A DNA stretch of 64,000 nt from Gammaproteobacteria bacterium (GTDB taxonomy: Bacteria > Pseudomonadota > Gammaproteobacteria > RBG-16-57-12), in the NCBI GenBank assembly GCA_021647245.1, contig JAKIVC010000002.1, forward strand, positions 64,184 to 128,183, read 5' to 3'. Positions 59,268-64,000 of the stretch are shown one piece after another. The notes beneath the pieces were generated by a model. It was not told the origin of the DNA. It saw only the letters and a list, made by a program, of their open reading frames with translations, and made no database searches. The position numbers and the translations under genes were made by a program. The first letter of the stretch is position 1, and each line of letters begins with the position of its first letter.

Positions 59268-59312
59268 TAAAAAAACACCCGCCACCCAGATGATAACATC
59301 GGGTGGCGGGTG
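59268..59312 (-). terminator. Rho-independent terminator downstream of typA.
   Basis: CACCCGCCACCC (59276-59287) pairs with GGGTGGCGGGTG (59301-59312). On the minus strand this is followed by 8 U (plus-strand A-run 59268-59275). Confidence 0.75.
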
Positions 59313-59328
59313 CTTTCAGGTGAGCAGC

Positions 59329-61146
59329 TTATTTGCCGGAACGACCAGCACGTTTGCGCTCATTTTCGGTGAGTAGCTTCTTGCGTGGGCGAATATGGTT
59401 GGGTGTTACTTCAACCAGTTCATCATCATCAATAAACTCCAGCGCCTGCTCTAGGGTATGGGTAATAGGGGTGACCAGTGATTGCGCCTCATCCGTACCC
59501 GATGCGCGCACATTGGTCAGCTGTTTGCCTTTTAGTGCATTAACGACCAAATCGTTAGTACGGCTGTGAATACCGATGATCATCCCTTCATAAACCTCAG
59601 CCCCGTGACCAATTAACAAGCTGCCACGAGCTTGTAAGAAGAACAGTGCGTTGGTCAGTGCTTTACCCGCGGCATTGGCAATCAATACGCCATTCATGCG
59701 GGTGCCATATTCGCCTTTCTTTAATGGGCCATAATGATCGAAGATGCTGAACATTAAGCCGGTGCCCTGGGTTGCTGTTAGAAACTCGGTACGAAAGCCG
59801 ATCAAACCACGTGAGGGGATGATAAAGTCGATACGAACACGACCCTTACCGTCCAGCTCCATGTTGCTCATCTCTCCACCACGGCTACCCAGCTTCTCCA
59901 TGATGGTGCCCTGGTGTTGCTCCTCAATATCGATGGTTAACTGCTCGTAAGGCTCCTGTTTTTTGCCGTCAATTTCGCGAAAGATAACTTCAGGACGGGA
60001 GACACCCATCTCAAAACCTTCACGGCGCATGGTTTCGATCAACACAGAGAGGTGAAGCTCGCCACGTCCTGAAACCCGGAATTGATTGGCATTTCCAGTC
60101 TCTTCAACCCGCAGTGCCACATTGTGAATTAACTCTTGATCCAGGCGCTCTTTAATTTGACGTGAGGTGACAAACTTACCGTCAAGGCCTGCAAAGGGAG
60201 AGTTATTAACCTGGAATGTCATGCTGACGGTTGGCTCATCAATGCTCAATGGCGCCAGGGCTTCAACAGCAGCAGGGTCACACAGCGTATCAGAGATGCT
60301 TAACCCATCAATACCAGTGAAGCAGATGATGTCACCCGCCTGCGCCTCTTCAACCTCGATGCGCTCTAACCCCATAAAGCCCATGAGTTTGAGTATGCGT
60401 GCGTTGCGACGCTCGCCGTCGGGACCTACCACGGTCACTTGGGTGTTGGTTTTGATACGGCCACGGGCGATACGACCGATACCGATAACACCGACATAGC
60501 TGTTGTAATCAAGCTGTGAAACCTGCAACTGGAAAGGATCCTCAATCTCAACTTGTGGTGGGTGAACCTTGTCGACGATGGTTTGCAGCATTGGCGTCAA
60601 ATCACCGTCGCGGACACTGTCTTCAAGGCCAGCAAAACCATTTAGACCAGAGGCGTAGACCACCGGAAAGTCGAGCTGCTCGTCGGTAGCACCCAGGTGG
60701 TCAAATAGATCGAAAGTTTGATCCAGCACCCACTGTGGGCGCGCACCTGGACGATCAATTTTATTGATTACCACGATGGGCTTAAGACCGCGATTCAGTG
60801 CTTTTTGCGTTACAAAGCGTGTCTGGGGCATTGGTCCTTCGACGGAGTCAACCAGTAGTAGTACGGAGTCAACCATAGAGAGTACACGTTCTACCTCGCC
60901 GCCAAAATCAGCATGTCCCGGAGTATCCACGATATTGATGTGGTACTTACCCCATTTAATTGCGGTTGGCTTTGCCAAGATGGTAATACCACGCTCACGC
61001 TCTTGATCGTTGGAGTCCATAGCGCGCTCTTCCAGCTGAGTGCGTTCGTCCAATGTATCCGATTGCTTGAGTAGTTGGTCGACCAGGGTGGTTTTGCCAT
61101 GGTCAACGTGGGCAATAATGGCGATATTACGTAAATTCTCGATCAC
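59329..61146 (-). CDS. typA: Translational GTPase TypA/BipA.
   Basis: GTG start giving (M)[22 protein letters not shown], cf. E. coli [21 protein letters not shown]. The ORF-track start at 61227 is an over-extension. Confidence 0.9.
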   Translation of the reverse strand: MIENLRNIAIIAHVDHGKTTLVDQLLKQSDTLDERTQLEERAMDSNDQERERGITILAKPTAIKWGKYHINIVDTPGHADFGGEVERVLSMVDSVLLLVDSVEGPMPQTRFVTQKALNRGLKPIVVINKIDRPGARPQWVLDQTFDLFDHLGATDEQLDFPVVYASGLNGFAGLEDSVRDGDLTPMLQTIVDKVHPPQVEIEDPFQLQVSQLDYNSYVGVIGIGRIARGRIKTNTQVTVVGPDGERRNARILKLMGFMGLERIEVEEAQAGDIICFTGIDGLSISDTLCDPAAVEALAPLSIDEPTVSMTFQVNNSPFAGLDGKFVTSRQIKERLDQELIHNVALRVEETGNANQFRVSGRGELHLSVLIETMRREGFEMGVSRPEVIFREIDGKKQEPYEQLTIDIEEQHQGTIMEKLGSRGGEMSNMELDGKGRVRIDFIIPSRGLIGFRTEFLTATQGTGLMFSIFDHYGPLKKGEYGTRMNGVLIANAAGKALTNALFFLQARGSLLIGHGAEVYEGMIIGIHSRTNDLVVNALKGKQLTNVRASGTDEAQSLVTPITHTLEQALEFIDDDELVEVTPNHIRPRKKLLTENERKRAGRSGK

Positions 61147-61296
61147 AGTAGTAAGCTCGATGATTAATTGAATTGAATTGAATGGCGCGGATTGTACAGT
61201 AAGTGGACAGATTGTTCCTAGTCCCATAGGTGATTATTTGACGATTTAACTATGAAAAGGCATGATCCCAGCAATATTCTGTGAAATATCGATAAG

Positions 61297-62178
61297 ATGA
61301 GCCAAAAAGACGCCCCCTTTAAAGTTTTTGTAATTAAATGGCTACTGCACCTTTTCGCCTTGCTGCCACTACGTGCGGCGCATGCTGTTGGCCATCTATT
61401 GGGGCTGTTTTTATGGCGCTTTTCAGCAACCACTCGTCGGGTGGTGTTAAAAAATATCGCACTCTGTTTTCCTGATATGAGTAAGTCATCACAAATGAAA
61501 CTGGCTAAAGCGAATCTGCTTGAAACCGGTAAAAACATCACTGAGTTGGGGGCGATTTGGCTCTGGCCAGCAGAAAAAACACGACAACTGGTAAAGCAGG
61601 TGAGTGGCGCTGAGCTAATTGAGCAAGCGAATAAACAGCAGCAGGGGATTATATTTGTCGCACCTCACCTCGGGTGCTGGGAGTTAATTGGCCTATACCA
61701 GCCGATGCTCTGCCTCTATCGGCCACCGCGAATGAAACAGCTAGACCCCGTCATCAGAAAAGCACGCACTCGAAATGGCACTCGCTTGGCACCCACCGAT
61801 GCCAGAGGTGTGCGTGCGATACTGCAAGCGCTGCGCAAAGGTGAGGCAACCGGAATTTTACCTGATCAGGACCCGGGGCGTGGCCATGGCCTGTTTGCCC
61901 CCTTTTTTGGTGTAGAGGCAAACACCATGACTCTGGTATCCAAATTGGCAATTAAGAGCAAGGCAAAAGTGATCTTTACCTATGCAGAGCGGTTACCAAA
62001 AGGTGAGGGTTACCACTTACACTTTATACCGGCGAGCGATGAAATTTACGGTGATCATTCCGCCGGTTATATGAATCAGCAAGTCGAGCAGTTGATACGT
62101 CAAACACCGAACCAATACATGTGGAGCTACAAGCGCTTCAAGAGCCGGCCAGAGGGTGAAAGGGGTGTATATGATTAA
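61297..62178 (+). CDS. Lipid A biosynthesis lauroyl/myristoyl acyltransferase family (LpxL/HtrB-like).
   Basis: N-terminal membrane anchor. The HX4D-type acyltransferase region is recognisable as IFVAPHLGCWELIG. Confidence 0.75.
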   Translation: MSQKDAPFKVFVIKWLLHLFALLPLRAAHAVGHLLGLFLWRFSATTRRVVLKNIALCFPDMSKSSQMKLAKANLLETGKNITELGAIWLWPAEKTRQLVKQVSGAELIEQANKQQQGIIFVAPHLGCWELIGLYQPMLCLYRPPRMKQLDPVIRKARTRNGTRLAPTDARGVRAILQALRKGEATGILPDQDPGRGHGLFAPFFGVEANTMTLVSKLAIKSKAKVIFTYAERLPKGEGYHLHFIPASDEIYGDHSAGYMNQQVEQLIRQTPNQYMWSYKRFKSRPEGERGVYD

Positions 62179-62789
62179 GCTCGAACAGTTAAAAAATATG
62201 GCTCTATGTGAAATAGAGCGGGTAATTGAACTTTAGTTTTCCACAAAGAAAGTAAACCATATTGATGAAATTATCGATATTACGATAGCCTCTTGCTCGA
62301 CGTTTGGCGAGCTGAACCTTGCTCCCAAATCCCCAGATAGGACTCCCTCCGACCTCTAAGAACCATTAACGAGGCTGTAGAAAAACCCACCCAGAGCCCC
62401 TTCCTACCTGCCCAGTGTCTATTCCACATCACTTTCAATGATAATCATCTTGTAGTCCGACATTGACCTGCCAATAGCGGTATTGGCGGCTATTGAGGGC
62501 TTTATTTGGCCTTTTCTTTACACTCAGTGGATTAGTTGTCCATAGTTGGCCAGCTTCTCTATATAGTGCACTATAAGCAGTAGCCTTGTACTTTGCTTTT
62601 TCCTCTCAGGCTAAAACGATTGAGTCCTTTATTGCTGCACATATTGGCGAATACGGGCTGACCGCCATGGACGCAAATGTGCCTTAGATTCTTAAAGATC
62701 AAGCCATATAGAAAACAATAGACCTCTAAATACATTATGTACAGACTTGACCCCTTTACTTTATCTGACCCCTTTATAAAATAAAAAGA

Positions 62790-63080
62790 ATGGTCAGCCA
62801 AAAAGTTGCCGTTGAAGAAGTGTCACCAACAAAAACAGAGGCTTATAATGAGGCCTCTGCACGTTTTATCCTTCACATTGATGGTTATGCTCACAACACA
62901 TCAATGACGCGATGCTTTGGTGGGTACATGTTTGAATACATTAATGTTGAGTTAATTGATGTAAGAACAAATGAAACAGCTTTACACTATTCAAATTCTG
63001 GCTATTCTGAAAACTGTCCGCCTTTATCAGGTACAATTTTTACTGATGTAGTTGAATTGGTCTCCGAAGTATGGGAATAG
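62790..63080 (+). CDS. Hypothetical small protein in a low-GC islet.
   Basis: 96-aa ORF in a region of about 38-40% GC, with no recognisable motifs. Confidence 0.3.
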   Translation: MVSQKVAVEEVSPTKTEAYNEASARFILHIDGYAHNTSMTRCFGGYMFEYINVELIDVRTNETALHYSNSGYSENCPPLSGTIFTDVVELVSEVWE

Positions 63081-63173
63081 CACATAACACGGCGCTACAC
63101 CTGACTGCCCAAAGCGGCGCCGCTCGTGCCTCGCTCTGCCACTTTGGGCAGCAGGTGAGCTAAACGTTATGTG
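63081..63173. repeat. Large GC-rich nested palindromic element between convergent genes.
   Basis: CACATAAC (63081-88) pairs with GTTATGTG (63166-73). CACCTGACTGCCCAAAG (63098-63114) pairs with CTTTGGGCAGCAGGTG (63142-63157), with a 27-nt GC-rich loop. The element overlaps the NYN stop codon. Confidence 0.6.
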
Positions 63174-63844
63174 TTTTTACATGGTCGGGGCCATGAAGAA
63201 ACAAGCCCATCAATGTGCTCGTGAAGATCTGGATTTATATTGTTCCACATGGGGTCAAGCACAAAGTCAATACCTTCTCTACGTGCGAGTTTTGCGGCAG
63301 GAACAAAATCACTATCTCCAGCTATGAGAATTATTTGGTCAACCGATTTTTTGTATGCCAGTGAAGAAATATCTAGGCCAATTTTCATATCAACACCTTT
63401 TTGCCTAGCCTCGTATTTAACATCGCCTTCGGAAAGTTCATCGATTGAAATTTTGCTATTTAGCAGTTCTTTAGTTTTCTTCGCATTTATTACCCAATGA
63501 CCATCATCGGCTATTCTCCCGAATCGTAGGGCTACTTTCCTGAATCGCTTTAATTCTTGGTGAAATTCATTGCGAAATTTCGCTTCAGGAGTATCCCCAA
63601 AGCTAAATCCTTTTTTGGTAACAGGATTCTGCGCCCGCTTCGCAAGAGGAGGGCAGTCATAGAAGAAAATCCGATATAGCTCCTTCTTTTTGACTCCCTT
63701 GCTATTTACTTGTCGTAAATTACGCAGAAGACCGCTATAGAGGTCTCTTGCAACTTGGTTTGGAGATTTATCGCGCCAACCTGGATAGAGTGCTCGATAT
63801 CGTTTAATGAAGTAACTGCCGTCCACAAGTATCGCTGATTTCAT
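63167..63844 (-). CDS. NYN-domain (LabA/PIN-like) putative nuclease.
   Basis: ILVDGSYF ... GVDMKIGLDI ... IAGDSDFVPA acidic-residue motifs of the NYN/PIN-like fold. Low-GC gene. Confidence 0.6.
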   Translation of the reverse strand: MKSAILVDGSYFIKRYRALYPGWRDKSPNQVARDLYSGLLRNLRQVNSKGVKKKELYRIFFYDCPPLAKRAQNPVTKKGFSFGDTPEAKFRNEFHQELKRFRKVALRFGRIADDGHWVINAKKTKELLNSKISIDELSEGDVKYEARQKGVDMKIGLDISSLAYKKSVDQIILIAGDSDFVPAAKLARREGIDFVLDPMWNNINPDLHEHIDGLVSSWPRPCKNT

Positions 63845-64000
63845 ATAAGCCTCTGTTTTTAGGCATAAAAAAGCCCCGGATTTCGTGAGCCTCGCTATTG
63901 TTGGAGGCCCGTACTTTCCAGGGCGCTATTCAACTTTGATTATGGTATATACACTATTCATAGTCAATGAACAAACATAATCGGGTAGCCAAGGGTCTCT

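Noticed and set aside
63845-64000. Possible tRNA/tmRNA integration target adjacent to the low-GC islet.
   Set aside because: No cloverleaf-compatible segment, no GGTTCGAAT-type T-loop and no CCA end could be found. The window ends too soon to judge.
1-64000. Whole-window scan for CRISPR arrays, IS elements/transposases, integrases and rRNA/tRNA genes.
   Set aside because: No regularly spaced direct repeats, no transposase or integrase-like ORFs, and no rRNA-like conserved stretches were found. All long ORFs are accounted for by the genes listed.

Overview
This 64-kb window is chromosomal core DNA from a gammaproteobacterium, about 52% GC. About 60 protein-coding genes are tightly packed on both strands. 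I could not recognise any rRNA, tRNA, CRISPR array, IS element or integrase. Two stretches reproduce the well-known Pseudomonas-type gene order. The first is pilK-pilJ-pilI-pilG/H (Pil-Chp twitching chemosensory cluster), then divergently gshA-like and gshB, then tonB-yqgE-ruvX-pyrR-pyrB-pyrC'. The second is pilU-pilT divergent from yggS-proC-yggT. Other housekeeping blocks are selD-selU, crp divergent from an OsmC-like gene, speD, acnB, sbcB, rsmJ, hrpB, recG-ridA-spoT-rpoZ-gmk, apaH, dtd, typA and an LpxL-family acyltransferase. Several accessory modules sit within this core. (1) A nitrogen-oxide related neighbourhood: assimilatory nitrate reductase nasA, divergent from a truncated haemoglobin and an HPP-family membrane protein (the family of plant plastid nitrite transporters), then convergently a split chemoreceptor. 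The split chemoreceptor is a sensor-less MCP translationally coupled to a stand-alone TM-NIT-like-TM periplasmic sensor protein. (2) A five-gene, overlap-coupled envelope operon of unknown function: a Met-rich lipoprotein, an outer-membrane barrel, a CPxC thioredoxin-fold lipoprotein, a small monohaem cytochrome c and a TlpA-like thiol:disulfide oxidoreductase. (3) An ApbE flavin transferase, NusG-domain-II-like (DUF1312-type) and Gx-transporter trio inserted between gshB and tonB. (4) A single bacterial dynamin-like GTPase. (5) A DUF3015/DUF4105/alpha-beta-hydrolase trio. (6) A low-GC islet at the 3' end carrying an NYN-domain nuclease-like gene and a large palindromic element. I also found a family of short dispersed motifs in long intergenic regions (TTGATTCCACAGTG and the palindrome TTTCAC-N-GTGAAAC) and a second 22-bp intergenic repeat. 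Several ORF-track starts are over-extended; corrected starts are given in the feature list.
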